Source: an uncultured candidatus Porisulfidus sp. (GTDB lineage: Bacteria; Pseudomonadota; Gammaproteobacteria; Poriferisulfidales; Poriferisulfidaceae). From it: a DNA stretch of 64,000 bases. The translations under genes were made by a program, and so were the position numbers. Positions 9,051 to 20,281 of the stretch are shown here, one piece after another (the stretch's first letter is position 1; each line of letters begins with the position of its first letter). The DNA is taken from assembly GCA_965199755.1 (NCBI GenBank), contig CBDASZ010000002.1:32001-96000 (forward strand), in the 5' to 3' direction. Below the pieces are notes generated by a model. The model made no database searches, was not told the origin of the DNA, and saw only the letters and a list, made by a program, of their open reading frames with translations.

Positions 9051-11861
9051 ATGGAAGAAATCAGAATCCGAGGAGCTCGCACGCACAATCTTGCGAACAT
9101 TGATCTCGTTTTGCCGCGTAATCGCCTGAGCGTGATCACCGGCCTTTCCGGCTCCGGCAAGTCCTCACTGGCATTCGACACCATTTTCGCGGAAGGCCAG
9201 CGGCGTTATGTGGAATCCCTGTCGGCCTACGCCCGGCAGTTCCTCACGCGCGTCGAGAAACCCGATGTAGACAGCATCGAGGGTTTGTCTCCGGCCATAT
9301 CCATTGAACAGAAAAGCGCCTCTCACAACCCGCGCTCAACCGTTGGAACTATCACTGAGATCCATGATTATCTGCGGCTAATGTATGCGCGCGCCGGCAT
9401 CCCGCGCTGCCCCACACACGGCCACGATCTGCAGGCGCAAACCGTCAGCGAGATGGTCGATCACGTCCGCGCCCTCCCTGAGGGACAGAAACTGCTGATC
9501 GTCGCGCCAGTCGTGCGCGACCGCAAAGGTCAACATCAGGATCTACTGCGCTCGCTGCTGACACAGGGCTTCCTGCGCGCGCGCATTGACGGCGAAGTGC
9601 GGGAACTGGGGGATCCGATCGAACTGGACCTGCGGCGCAAACACAACATTGATGTCGTGATCGATCGCGTCACCGTGCGCCCCGGCATTCGCAGCCGTCT
9701 GGCGGAATCCTTCGAGACCGCACTGCGGCTTGGGCATGGCGTCGCTTGCATCGCCGCAGCGGATGGCAGTGCTATTGACGCAACCTTCTCGAGCCAGTAC
9801 GCTTGCCCCGAATGCGGCTACAGTCTGGATGAGCTGGAGCCGCGTCTGTTCTCCTTCAACAGCCCGGTCGGTGCCTGCCCTGAGTGCGACGGACTGGGCA
9901 CTCAAACGTTTTTTGATGAATCCAAAGTCGTGCAGGCAGATCTGCCATTGAAGGCCGGCGCGATTCGCGGCTGGGACATGCGCAACACCGCTTACTTCGA
10001 TATGCTGAAAACCTTGTCGGAGCATTACAAGTTTTCACTAGATGTCCCATACACGGCGCTTCCTGAACGTGCCAAAAACGTGCTGATGCACGGTTCGGGA
10101 GACGATGTACTCAACTTCCATTACCGCAATCACAATGGCCGCCGCTTTCGCTCACGGCACGCCTTCGAGGGCGTCCTTTCCAGCATGAAGCGCCGCTTTC
10201 GCGACACCCAGTCCAGCGTGGTGCGCGATGAATTGTCACGCTATCTCAGCCACAGCGACTGTCCGAGTTGCAACGGCGAGCGGTTGAATCAAGCCGCGCG
10301 CCATGTGTTCGTCGCCGGCAAGAGCCTGCCGCAGTTGCAGCGCCAATCGATTGCTGACACTCTGGAATTTTTTGACACCCTCAAATTGGAAGGGCATCGC
10401 GCCAAAGTTGCCGAGAAAATCGTTGCCGAAGCGCGTCAGCGACTGCACTTTCTGGTCAATGTAGGGCTGGATTATCTGAGTCTGGAGCGCCGTGCGGAGA
10501 CCCTCTCCGGCGGCGAGGCGCAGCGCATCCGGCTGGCCAGTCAGGTCGGTTCTGGACTGGTCGGTGTGACCTACATTCTGGATGAGCCTTCCATTGGACT
10601 GCATCAGCGCGACAACAACCGGCTGCTGAGTACCCTCGCGCATCTTCGCGACATCGGCAACACGGTCATTGTGGTGGAACATGACGAGCAGGCCATGCGC
10701 CATGCGGATCATCTGATTGATATGGGTCCCGGGGCTGGTGTCCACGGTGGGCGCGTAGTCGCGCACGGCACTCTGGATAACATCATTGAGAACCCTGAAT
10801 CATTGACCGGACAGTATCTCTCCGGGGCGCGTAGCATTGAGATACCTACACAGCGCCAAAAAGTGGTCAAGGAGCAACGTCTGATTGTGCGCAATGCGCG
10901 CAGCAACAATCTGAAAAATCTGGACGTGGCGTTCCCGTTGGGCTTGCTGATCTGTATAACTGGTGTGTCCGGCTCCGGCAAATCAACACTGGTCAACGAC
11001 ACCCTGTTCGCCCAGATCGCGCAGCCGAAAGGCTGGCAGGAAGACGCCTGCGATGAAATTGAAGGCAGGGATCTGGTGGACAAGGTTATCCGCATTGACC
11101 AGAGTCCGATTGGACGCACTCCACGCTCCAACCCGGCCACCTATACAGGCTTGTTCGGTCCGGTACGCGAGTTATTCGCGCAGACTCAGGAAGCACGAGC
11201 GCGCGGCTACAAGCCAGGCCGCTTCAGTTTCAATGTGCGCGGTGGGCGCTGCGAGGCGTGCGAAGGTGATGGTGTCATTCGTGTGGAGATGCACTTCCTG
11301 CCGGATATTCATGTTCCGTGCGACATCTGCAGCAGACAGCGCTATAACCGCGAGACCCTTGACATTCGCTACAAGGGCAAGAATATCGCGGACGTGCTGG
11401 ACATGACGGTGGAGACTGCGCATGCGTTTTTTGAGCAGGTCCCACCGATTCGCCGCAAACTTGACACCCTGATGCAGGTTGGGTTGTCCTATATTCGTCT
11501 GGGCCAGAACGCGACCACCCTGTCGGGCGGTGAAGCGCAGCGTGTCAAGTTATCGCGCGAACTCTCTCGCCGCAGCACCGGCCAGACCCTATACATTCTT
11601 GACGAACCTACTACCGGATTGCATTTTCAGGACATTAAGATGCTGCTGCAGGTGCTGCACCGGCTGCGGGATCGCGGCAACACTGTGGTGGTCATCGAGC
11701 ACAATCTTGATGTGATCAAAACGGCGGACTGGGTGATTGATCTGGGCCCGGAAGGCGGTGCTGGTGGCGGGCGCGTGATCGCGCAAGGCACCCCAGAACA
11801 GGTTGCGAGCCGCAAACGCTCTTATACCGGACAGTTCCTGAAATCAGTGCTGCAGCCCTGA
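9051..11861 (+). CDS. uvrA: Excinuclease ABC subunit A
   Basis: [14 protein letters not shown] start, two Walker A motifs ([16 protein letters not shown]), two LSGGEAQR signatures and CxxC zinc fingers. Confidence 0.98.
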   Translation: MEEIRIRGARTHNLANIDLVLPRNRLSVITGLSGSGKSSLAFDTIFAEGQRRYVESLSAYARQFLTRVEKPDVDSIEGLSPAISIEQKSASHNPRSTVGTITEIHDYLRLMYARAGIPRCPTHGHDLQAQTVSEMVDHVRALPEGQKLLIVAPVVRDRKGQHQDLLRSLLTQGFLRARIDGEVRELGDPIELDLRRKHNIDVVIDRVTVRPGIRSRLAESFETALRLGHGVACIAAADGSAIDATFSSQYACPECGYSLDELEPRLFSFNSPVGACPECDGLGTQTFFDESKVVQADLPLKAGAIRGWDMRNTAYFDMLKTLSEHYKFSLDVPYTALPERAKNVLMHGSGDDVLNFHYRNHNGRRFRSRHAFEGVLSSMKRRFRDTQSSVVRDELSRYLSHSDCPSCNGERLNQAARHVFVAGKSLPQLQRQSIADTLEFFDTLKLEGHRAKVAEKIVAEARQRLHFLVNVGLDYLSLERRAETLSGGEAQRIRLASQVGSGLVGVTYILDEPSIGLHQRDNNRLLSTLAHLRDIGNTVIVVEHDEQAMRHADHLIDMGPGAGVHGGRVVAHGTLDNIIENPESLTGQYLSGARSIEIPTQRQKVVKEQRLIVRNARSNNLKNLDVAFPLGLLICITGVSGSGKSTLVNDTLFAQIAQPKGWQEDACDEIEGRDLVDKVIRIDQSPIGRTPRSNPATYTGLFGPVRELFAQTQEARARGYKPGRFSFNVRGGRCEACEGDGVIRVEMHFLPDIHVPCDICSRQRYNRETLDIRYKGKNIADVLDMTVETAHAFFEQVPPIRRKLDTLMQVGLSYIRLGQNATTLSGGEAQRVKLSRELSRRSTGQTLYILDEPTTGLHFQDIKMLLQVLHRLRDRGNTVVVIEHNLDVIKTADWVIDLGPEGGAGGGRVIAQGTPEQVASRKRSYTGQFLKSVLQP

Positions 11862-11868
11862 TCGCTCC

Positions 11869-13311
11869 TCATTCACCAACAGCCTGCTTCGCCGCGCGCG
11901 ACTTCGGCAAATAAATTTCTGTCGCACTTCCGAGCATCACCTCACACGCCTGCGCCAGTGTCTCCGAATAAGTCGGATGCGGGTGAATAGTGCCGGCAAT
12001 ATCCTCCACCTCACACCCTTCCTCAATGGCAAGCGCGGCCTCCGCGATCAACTCCCCTGCATTCACGCCCACGACTGCGGCACCGATCATGCGGCGGGTT
12101 TGCGCATCGAATAACACCTTAGTCATGCCTTCCGTGCGCCCCACACCGACGGCGCGACCGCTCGCCGCCCATGGAAATACTCCGCGGTCGTACGCAATGC
12201 CTTCGGCTTTTGCTTCGCGCTCTGTCATTCCAACCCAGGCCACTTCCGGGTCCGTGTACGCCACCGACGGCACCACCCGCGCCTCGTAGGCTGATTTCTG
12301 CCCGGCTGCCACCTCAGCCGCTATGCGTCCCTGATAACTCGCGCGATGCGCCAGCATCGGCGCGCCGGTGACATCGCCAATAGCGAATATATGCGGAATA
12401 TTAGTTCGCAACTGATGGTTCACTGGAATCACACCATGCTCACCGACGGCGACTCCCGCGGCTTCCAGTCCCAGGTCGGCGCTATTCGCCGCACGGCCCA
12501 CTGCGACCAACACCGCGTCGAAGCATTGTTCTTCATCAGCCCCCTCGCTGTCGCGCCAACTCACGTGAATGCCTTCTTCGCTCGCACGCGCAGCGGTCAC
12601 TTGTGTCGACACCCGCACATTCGCAAAGCGCTTGGCGTTGTGTTTCATGTAACTGCGCACCACGTCCACATCGGCACCGCCCATCAACTGATCCAGCGCT
12701 TCGACCACGGTTACAGAGGAGCCAAATGCGCGCCAGACGGTCGCCAACTCCAGCCCCAGAATGCCGCCACCGACCACCAACAAGCGTTCAGGAACTTCGC
12801 CCAGATCCAGTACGTCGGTTGAATCCAGCACCCGAACGTCATCCGGGAACAAGTCCAGTGCAATCGGCCGCGAGCCACTCGCGATAATGGCCTGCGCGAA
12901 CTCCTGCTCCTGCGTACCTTCTTCGGTTTCGACAGCCACGGCACGTGCGGAGACGAATCGCGCCCGCCCAGTGCACACCTCCACACCGCGACGCTGCGCC
13001 AGTTGTCCTAGTCCATCTGATAACTGCTGGATGCTTTGATCTTTCCATGCCTGCAAAGCGTCAAGTTCGATACGCGGTGCGTCGAACACCACTCCGCGCG
13101 AACGCCAGGCTTCCGCATCCTCGATCAGTTCTGCCGCGTGCAGCAAACTTTTTGAAGGGATGCAACCGACATTCAGGCATACTCCGCCAAGACACGGGAA
13201 CCGTTCAATTATGGTCACGTTCAGGCCTAGATCAGCGGCGCGAAACGCCGCGTTATAGCCTCCGGGCCCGCCGCCGATTACTATGAGGCGGGATGATTTC
13301 TCCTCACTCAT
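11869..13311 (-). CDS. lpdA: Dihydrolipoyl dehydrogenase (E3)
   Basis: GGGPGG FAD-binding motif, GGVCLNVGCIPSK redox disulfide and HPHPTYSE. Confidence 0.97.
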   Translation of the reverse strand: MSEEKSSRLIVIGGGPGGYNAAFRAADLGLNVTIIERFPCLGGVCLNVGCIPSKSLLHAAELIEDAEAWRSRGVVFDAPRIELDALQAWKDQSIQQLSDGLGQLAQRRGVEVCTGRARFVSARAVAVETEEGTQEQEFAQAIIASGSRPIALDLFPDDVRVLDSTDVLDLGEVPERLLVVGGGILGLELATVWRAFGSSVTVVEALDQLMGGADVDVVRSYMKHNAKRFANVRVSTQVTAARASEEGIHVSWRDSEGADEEQCFDAVLVAVGRAANSADLGLEAAGVAVGEHGVIPVNHQLRTNIPHIFAIGDVTGAPMLAHRASYQGRIAAEVAAGQKSAYEARVVPSVAYTDPEVAWVGMTEREAKAEGIAYDRGVFPWAASGRAVGVGRTEGMTKVLFDAQTRRMIGAAVVGVNAGELIAEAALAIEEGCEVEDIAGTIHPHPTYSETLAQACEVMLGSATEIYLPKSRAAKQAVGE

Positions 13312-14599
13312 CGTCTGACCACTCCAGCTCCTGCGGCGTCTCCAGCAAAGCTGTCAGCGCGACCACAAAGCGTGCGCCTTCCACACCATCGATCACCCGG
13401 TGATCGTAAGACAGGGACAACGGCATCATCAGGCGTGGCTCCAGTACGTCTTCGATATATCCCGGCTTGTGCACCGCGCGCGATATGCCAAGCACCGCGA
13501 CTTGCGGCAGATTAATCACTGGCGTGAAGGAACCGCCACCAATCCCGCCGAGATTTGACAGTGTGAACCCACCGCCTTGCATGTCCGCCGCGACCAGTTC
13601 CCCGGCACGGGCGCGTTCGGCCAGTTCAGCCACTTCCTGCGCCAAAGTCAAGATCGGCTTGCTATCGGCATCACGAATGACCGGCACCACCAGTCCCGCT
13701 TCAGTATTCGCAGCGAACCCGATATGAATGTAGTCACGCACGATCAATTCTTTCCCATCTTCGCTTAAGGCCGCATTGATGCGCGGGCATTCGCTCATCA
13801 GTTGCGCACAGGCGCGAATCACGCAAGCAGTCAGCGTGATAGACAGATCGGGATGGCGTTGCGCCCAGTCGCGGCGCTGTTCATCGAGCGCAGTGATGTC
13901 CGCCTCGTGGTGCTGTGTGACATGTGGTGCTAGCTGCCAGTTGCGCTGCAGATTCGCACCACTGCGCCGTTGGATTCGCGTCAACGGTTCGCGATGACAC
14001 GGCCCGAAGCGCTCGGCATCCACCGGCGGCGATTTGGGGCGCGCGGCGGTCGCGGGTTCCTGTTTTTGCGTCAGGATGGCCTTGACGTACTGCTGCACAT
14101 CCTCGCGCGTGATGCGCCCACGACGGCCATGACCGTGCACTTGCGCCAGATCCACGCCCAACTCGCGTGCGAACTTGCGAATCGCCGGACCCGCGTGCGG
14201 CAGATTCCCCAAATGCGGTGGCTCCTCCGGCAGGCTTGCCGGCGGCTCCGATGGCTCCACGACGGGCTGTGGTTCTGCTTCGGGTTCAGGAGCCGCGTCA
14301 GCCTCGGAGGTCTCTGACTGTTCCTGTTCTGACTCTGGCTCGGTGGCCGATTCCTCCGGCACCGGAGCATCCGTCAGCGTGGCCACCAGCGTGTCCATGG
14401 TCACGATATCGCCGAGTGCCACATGCACCGCTTCCACCGTTCCTGAAAACGGCGCGGGCAGGTCCATTGCCGCCTTGTCTGATTCCAGTGTGACCAGCGC
14501 CTCGTCCGCGCGCACGGATTGCCCCGCATCTACAAATACTTCGATGACTTCCGCTTCCGGCACATCCCCCATGTCCGGGACCCGGACTTCGCGACTCAT
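13304..14599 (-). CDS. aceF: Pyruvate dehydrogenase E2 with a single lipoyl domain
   Basis: Lipoyl motif LESDKAAM, E3-binding domain (AGPAIRKFARELG...GRITREDV) and catalytic SYDHRVIDG. Confidence 0.95.
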   Translation of the reverse strand: MSREVRVPDMGDVPEAEVIEVFVDAGQSVRADEALVTLESDKAAMDLPAPFSGTVEAVHVALGDIVTMDTLVATLTDAPVPEESATEPESEQEQSETSEADAAPEPEAEPQPVVEPSEPPASLPEEPPHLGNLPHAGPAIRKFARELGVDLAQVHGHGRRGRITREDVQQYVKAILTQKQEPATAARPKSPPVDAERFGPCHREPLTRIQRRSGANLQRNWQLAPHVTQHHEADITALDEQRRDWAQRHPDLSITLTACVIRACAQLMSECPRINAALSEDGKELIVRDYIHIGFAANTEAGLVVPVIRDADSKPILTLAQEVAELAERARAGELVAADMQGGGFTLSNLGGIGGGSFTPVINLPQVAVLGISRAVHKPGYIEDVLEPRLMMPLSLSYDHRVIDGVEGARFVVALTALLETPQELEWSDDE

Positions 14600-17268
14600 G
14601 ATGCAAACGGTGCCGGACGCTCAGAATCCACTGCGCATTCACGCATGATGGCCTTGGCCGTTTTGGTCGAGAGTTCGCCGCTTTGCGCCAACGCATGGGC
14701 CGCCGTGTGCGCGATATGCGCCGCATTGACCTCAAAGAACTCACGCAGTTTCTCACGGGTGTCGCTGCGCCCGAAGCCGTCCGTTCCCAAAGTATGGTAG
14801 GCGCGCCCGTGCGGGATGCACGAGCGAATCTGTTCGGCGTTCAAACGCATGTAGTCACTTGCCGCAATGATTGGGCCTGATCCGTCTTGCAGACATTGCG
14901 CAACCCAGGATTGCGTCTCCTTGTGCTTTGGATCCAGTCGGCGCTGACGCGCCACTTCCGCGCCTTCACGTGCCAGCTGCGCAAAACTGGTCACGCTCCA
15001 GACTTCCGACTCCACACCGTGCGCGCGCAGCAACTCGGCCGCCGCCAGCACCTCGCGCAGAATCGCACCTGAACCCAGTAATTGCACCGGCACCGCTTTG
15101 TCGTCCTGAATCTCAGCGACACGATACATGCCAGCCAGAATACCCTCGCGCGCACCTTCCGGCATGGGCGGGTGGATGTAGTTTTCGTTCTCGACCGTCA
15201 AGTAGTAGAAGCAGTTTTCATTGCGCTCGTACATACGGCGCAGACCGTCTTCCAGAATCACCGCAATCTCGTAGGCATAAGCCACATCGTAGGCGTAGCA
15301 GTTTGGAATAGTCGCCGCCGCTAGATGGCTATGGCCGTCCTGATGCTGCAACCCCTCACCGGCCAGTGTGGTACGTCCGGCGGTGCCGCCAATCAAAAAG
15401 CCACGCGCCTGCATGTCACCGGCCAGCCACATCAGATCGCCGACGCGCTGAAAGCCAAACATCGAGTAGAAGATGTAAAACGGAATCATGCTGAAACCGT
15501 GCGTGCTGTAGGCGGTTCCCGCAGCCAGAAAAGACCCCATGGCACCGGCCTCGTTGATGCCCTCTTCCAGCACCTGACCGGTTTTCTCTTCGCGGTAGTA
15601 GGCGAGTTTGCCAGCATCTTCCGGCTCGTACAACTGACCGAACGGCGCATAGATACCCAGTTGCCGGAACATCCCCTCCATGCCGAAGGTGCGTGATTCA
15701 TCCGGCACGATTGGCACCACGCGCGGGCCCAGCGTCTTGTCGCGCAGCAGTTGCGTCAGTGCGCGCACCAACGCCATTGTGGTGGACATCTCGTGTTTGT
15801 CGCTGCCTTCCAGCAGCTTGTCGAACACGTCCTCGGGGATCGGCAGTGGATCGGCACTGATGCGACGTTGCGGCAGATAACCGCCCAATGCCTTGCGTCG
15901 CGCCTGCATATAGCGGATCTCCGGGCTGTCGTCTGGCGGGCGATAGAACGGCACTTTGTCAGCGATTTCCTCATCACTGATCGGAATCTTGAAGCGATCG
16001 CGGAAGGTGCGCAGATCTTCTTGGTCGAGTTTCTTCTGCTGGTGCGTGATGTTGCGACCCTCGCCTGCCGCGCCCATGCCATAGCCCTTGATGGTCTTGG
16101 CCAGAATCACGGTCGGTTGTCCGCTATGTGCAAGCGCGGCCTTGTAGGCGGTGTACACCTTGTGCGGATCATGGCCGCCGCGATTCAGTCGCCACAAATC
16201 ATTGTCCGCCATGTTGGCTACCATGGCCTTGAGTTCCGGGTATTTGGCGAAGAAGTGCTCCCGGATGTAGGCTCCGTCACGCGCACTGTAAATCTGGTAG
16301 TCGCCGTCCACGCACTCTTCCATGCGCCGCAGTAGAATGCCTTGGGTGTCACGCGCCAGAAGCGGGTCCCAGTAAGACCCCCAGATCAGCTTAATGACAT
16401 TCCAACCGGCACCGCGAAACACCCCTTCGAGTTCCTGGATGATCTTGCCGTTGCCACGTACCGGACCATCCAAGCGCTGCAGATTGCAGTTAACCACGAA
16501 AATCAGATTGTCCAGCCGTTCGCGACCGGCCACCGATAATGCGCCGATTGATTCCGGCTCATCCATTTCACCGTCGCCGGCGAACACCCACACTTTCCGG
16601 TCGCTGGGGTCCAGCAGTCCGCGATGCTCCAGATACTTCATGAAGCGCGCCTGATAAATGCCTTGCAACGGGCCCAGTCCCATCGACACCGTCGGGAACT
16701 GCCAAAACCCAGGCATTAAGTACGGGTGCGGATATGAGGACAGGCCCTCGCCGTCCACTTCGCGGCGGAACCGGTGCAGATGCTCCGCGTTCAGCCGACC
16801 TTCCAGATAGGCGCGCGCGTACACACCCGGCGAGGAATGTCCCTGAAAGAACACAAGATCGCCGCCGTGCTTCTCGCTCGGAGCGCGCCAGAAATAATTG
16901 AACCCGATGTCGTACAGCGTCGCCACCGAGGCGAAGGTCGCCACGTGACCGCCGAGGCCAGGATGCTCCTGATTGGCGCGCACCACCATCGCCATGGCGT
17001 TCCAGCGAATCAGCGAACGGATGCGCCATTCCAGCGTCGTATCGCCCGGACAACTCTGTTCCTGCGCCGGCGGGATGGTGTTGAGATAGGCAGTGGTCGC
17101 GCTATAGGGGATGCTCAGGCCGGAACGGCGGGCACGATCCAGCAGGCGCTCGAGCAGATAATGCGCCCGCATCGACCCTTCCTCCCGAAATACGGAATCC
17201 AGAGCCTCCAGCCACTCTTGCGTCTCCAGCGGGTCAAGATCCTGAGATTTGGATTCGGATTTGCTCAT
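14596..17268 (-). CDS. aceE: Pyruvate dehydrogenase E1, homodimeric type
   Basis: DPLETQEWLEALDS, FQGHSSPG, TPP motif GDGEMDEPES...NCNLQRLDG and GEGLQHQDG. Confidence 0.98.
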   Translation of the reverse strand: MSKSESKSQDLDPLETQEWLEALDSVFREEGSMRAHYLLERLLDRARRSGLSIPYSATTAYLNTIPPAQEQSCPGDTTLEWRIRSLIRWNAMAMVVRANQEHPGLGGHVATFASVATLYDIGFNYFWRAPSEKHGGDLVFFQGHSSPGVYARAYLEGRLNAEHLHRFRREVDGEGLSSYPHPYLMPGFWQFPTVSMGLGPLQGIYQARFMKYLEHRGLLDPSDRKVWVFAGDGEMDEPESIGALSVAGRERLDNLIFVVNCNLQRLDGPVRGNGKIIQELEGVFRGAGWNVIKLIWGSYWDPLLARDTQGILLRRMEECVDGDYQIYSARDGAYIREHFFAKYPELKAMVANMADNDLWRLNRGGHDPHKVYTAYKAALAHSGQPTVILAKTIKGYGMGAAGEGRNITHQQKKLDQEDLRTFRDRFKIPISDEEIADKVPFYRPPDDSPEIRYMQARRKALGGYLPQRRISADPLPIPEDVFDKLLEGSDKHEMSTTMALVRALTQLLRDKTLGPRVVPIVPDESRTFGMEGMFRQLGIYAPFGQLYEPEDAGKLAYYREEKTGQVLEEGINEAGAMGSFLAAGTAYSTHGFSMIPFYIFYSMFGFQRVGDLMWLAGDMQARGFLIGGTAGRTTLAGEGLQHQDGHSHLAAATIPNCYAYDVAYAYEIAVILEDGLRRMYERNENCFYYLTVENENYIHPPMPEGAREGILAGMYRVAEIQDDKAVPVQLLGSGAILREVLAAAELLRAHGVESEVWSVTSFAQLAREGAEVARQRRLDPKHKETQSWVAQCLQDGSGPIIAASDYMRLNAEQIRSCIPHGRAYHTLGTDGFGRSDTREKLREFFEVNAAHIAHTAAHALAQSGELSTKTAKAIMRECAVDSERPAPFAS

Positions 17269-17361
17269 GGCGGTAGAAAGTGCCGTCGCCGTTATTATTA
17301 TCTATATTGCTCGCAGTTGACGAAGTGAAGTGGGCCCGCCTCTGTATAATCTATCTCGCTG

Positions 17362-18651
17362 ATGTCCCGCACACTCACCGCTATTCTGCTGCTGACACCG
17401 CTTTGGCTGGCGTCAGGTTGCAATCTGTTGCCAGAAGCGGCAGAAAACGAGTTCGTCGGCAAGAATGCCGCGCAACTCTATACCATGGGCGTCACCTTTC
17501 GGCGCAACGGCAACTACACCAAGGCGATTGAGGCATTTGACTATCTGGAAGGCGCATTCCCCTTCGACCCTTACGCCCAGCAAGGCATGCTGGAGAAAGC
17601 CTACTCTCAGCACCGCCAAGAGCAGCACGTTGAGGGGATTCTGACGCTCAACCGTTTCATTGAACAAAACCCGGTTCATGAGAACATCACCTACGCGCAT
17701 TATCTGCGCGGCGTCACCTACTTTGATTACGGGCAGACCCTGCTGCATCACATCCTGCCCTACATTCGGCACAACAAGGATCCGACACCGTGGAAGGCTT
17801 CGTTTACCAACTTCAGCTGGATCGTCACCAACGACCCTCAGTCACCGTATGCGGCTGACGCGCAACAGCGCACCGTGTTTCTGCGCAACTTGCTGGCGCG
17901 CTATGAAGTGCACGTGATGGATTTCTACTTGCGCCGCAAAGCCTACGTCGCCGTGATCAACCGCAGCAAGTATCTGCTGGAGCGCTATCATGGCGCGCCG
18001 CAGATGGCGGATGCGCTGTGGTTCATGGAACAGGCCTACCGCAAAATGGGAATAAACGACCTGGCGGACAGCGCCGATCAGGTGCGGCAGTTGAACTTCC
18101 CGCACTATGATGCGAAACGGGCGGCCGAGGAGACGGTGGAGGACGGCATGTTCACCACCGCCGGGAACTGGATCGGTGATATGACGGACAGCATCGCCAG
18201 TTTCGTCGGCTTCGACATCGCCGAATTGCCGCCGGAAGATCTCAGCCATCGCTACAAGGAGATTGATCTGTATGTCGCGGAGGTAGACGAATACCGCTCT
18301 GCACGTGAGCCTGCGAAGATCGTCGTCTCAAGCGTCGAAAGTGGCCATCGCCCGGACCCGTCCGACTCAGACGGGGATGCCTGGCAAAAGTTTCTGACAC
18401 TGCTGGGAATGGCCGATGACGACGAGGAGCCGGTTCCGATTGTGCCGGTAGGAGAAGAAGCGGAAGGAGAAGCTGAGGCTGAAGCCGAAGAAGCGGCTCC
18501 TGACACCGGCGAGGCCCCGGATCTGGAAACGCTGGTCGAGTCCCCTGCGGAACCGCTTGAAATCACTCCCGACTCGGATCCGGTCGCAGAACCGGAGCAA
18601 AACGAACGCATTCCGTCGGCGCAGCCGCCACCGGAACTGCCCACACCTTAA
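17362..18651 (+). CDS. bamD: Outer membrane assembly lipoprotein BamD with a long acidic C-terminal extension
   Basis: Lipobox LASGC; TPR motifs YTKAIEAF...FPFDPYAQQ, YAHYLRG and LRNLLARYE...FYLRRKAYVAVINR; convergent with nadE. Confidence 0.9.
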   Translation: MSRTLTAILLLTPLWLASGCNLLPEAAENEFVGKNAAQLYTMGVTFRRNGNYTKAIEAFDYLEGAFPFDPYAQQGMLEKAYSQHRQEQHVEGILTLNRFIEQNPVHENITYAHYLRGVTYFDYGQTLLHHILPYIRHNKDPTPWKASFTNFSWIVTNDPQSPYAADAQQRTVFLRNLLARYEVHVMDFYLRRKAYVAVINRSKYLLERYHGAPQMADALWFMEQAYRKMGINDLADSADQVRQLNFPHYDAKRAAEETVEDGMFTTAGNWIGDMTDSIASFVGFDIAELPPEDLSHRYKEIDLYVAEVDEYRSAREPAKIVVSSVESGHRPDPSDSDGDAWQKFLTLLGMADDDEEPVPIVPVGEEAEGEAEAEAEEAAPDTGEAPDLETLVESPAEPLEITPDSDPVAEPEQNERIPSAQPPPELPTP

Positions 18652-18658
18652 ATAGCCC

Positions 18659-20254
18659 TCAAGGACGATACGCCGACGTGATCGGATAGCGCCGATCGCG
18701 ACCAAACGCACGCTGCGTGGTCTTCACTCCGGGCGGTGCCTGCCGACGCTTGTATTCACTGGCTAACACCCGCGCCACCACTTCGTGCACGGTGTCGGCC
18801 TCAAAACCTTCCGCGATGATCGCCTCAGGCGCGCAATCTTCTTCAATAAAGCGACGCAAAATGGCGTCCAGCACCGGATATTCCGGCAGTGAATCTGAGT
18901 CTTTTTGGTCGGCGCGCAATTCCGCGCTCGGCGCGCGCGTCACAATGCGCTCCGGGATGACTTCCTGCTCTCGGTTGCGCCAGCGGGCCAGATCATAAAC
19001 CCGTGTCTTGAACACATCCTTCAGCGGCGCGAACCCACCCGCCATATCGCCGTACAAAGTCGCGTAGCCCACCGCCATCTCGCTCTTGTTGCCGGTGGTC
19101 AGCAGCAATTTGCCGCTGTGATTCGACCACGCCATCAGCAGCAGGCCGCGAATGCGCGCCTGCAGGTTCTGCTGCACCAGATCTTTCTGTGCGACTTCAC
19201 CCAGACTGTTGCACAAGGCAGCGAAGGTCGACTCAATCGACACGTCATGCAGTACCACAGCCAGACGCTCAGCCAACAGGTCAGCATCCTCAACACTCAT
19301 CTCCGAGGTGTAGCGCGACGGCATCGCCAGCGCCTCGACCCGATCCGCGCCCAGAGCATCCACTGCAATCGTCAGCGTCAATGCCGAATCAATGCCGCCC
19401 GACAACCCAACCAGCACGCCGGGAGAGTGGTGCTTGTCAACATAATCGCGCACTCCCAAAACCAGCGCCTGATACAGCATCGCATCCTCACTCAGTGCTT
19501 CGGCTTGCGGCGCGGCGCACCACGAACTGTCCGCATCCTGGCACTCCAGTTCCGCTTCCACAAAACTCGGTGATTGCGCCAGCAACTCGCCGCTCGCATC
19601 AAGCACGAAACTCGCGCCGTCAAATACCAATTCGTCTTGACCGCCGACCTGATTGACGTAGCACACTGCACACCCGGTCTCCTGTACACGCGAGCGCGCC
19701 GCTTCAAGGCGTCGATCGCCTTTGCTGCTGTCAAATGGAGAGGCGTTCAGGCATAGCAAGGTCTGCGCACCATCACGCGCCAGTTCGCTCGCCACCCGCG
19801 ATTGCCAGAGATCCTCGCAAATCAGAATACCAAAGCGGTGATCCGCGATCTGCACCGCAGCAGTCTCGGTGCCCCGCGTAAAATAACGCTGCTCATCGAA
19901 CACATCGTAGTGCGGCAGCAGTTGCTTGCGCACCACCGCTTGCACTGCACCGTCATGGCAGACCACGGCTGCGTTGTATAGGGCGTCGCCTTCGCGCTGC
20001 GGCGCGCCGACGACCAGCCAGTGCGCACCGCTCTCGGCCGCTAGACGGGCGATCGCCTGATCGGTTTGCGCAAGAAAATCATCGCGAAGCAGCAAGTCTT
20101 CCGGCGGGTAGCCGCACAAGGCCAGTTCCGGGAACACCCAGATGGCCGGCTGCGGGCGCTCTTGCAGATACGCCAGCACGCGCGTGGCATTGCCCTCAAT
20201 GTCCCCCACCAGCGGGTTGAACTGAATCAGACGGATCGGGAGAGACACAGACAT
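18659..20254 (-). CDS. nadE: Glutamine-dependent NAD+ synthetase
   Basis: Nitrilase domain (FPEL, K, ICEDLW) plus GLSGGIDS, TGNKSE and PSAEL synthetase motifs. Confidence 0.96.
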   Translation of the reverse strand: MSVSLPIRLIQFNPLVGDIEGNATRVLAYLQERPQPAIWVFPELALCGYPPEDLLLRDDFLAQTDQAIARLAAESGAHWLVVGAPQREGDALYNAAVVCHDGAVQAVVRKQLLPHYDVFDEQRYFTRGTETAAVQIADHRFGILICEDLWQSRVASELARDGAQTLLCLNASPFDSSKGDRRLEAARSRVQETGCAVCYVNQVGGQDELVFDGASFVLDASGELLAQSPSFVEAELECQDADSSWCAAPQAEALSEDAMLYQALVLGVRDYVDKHHSPGVLVGLSGGIDSALTLTIAVDALGADRVEALAMPSRYTSEMSVEDADLLAERLAVVLHDVSIESTFAALCNSLGEVAQKDLVQQNLQARIRGLLLMAWSNHSGKLLLTTGNKSEMAVGYATLYGDMAGGFAPLKDVFKTRVYDLARWRNREQEVIPERIVTRAPSAELRADQKDSDSLPEYPVLDAILRRFIEEDCAPEAIIAEGFEADTVHEVVARVLASEYKRRQAPPGVKTTQRAFGRDRRYPITSAYRP

Positions 20255-20281
20255 GCCAATAATGAGTGATGCGGGTTAATT

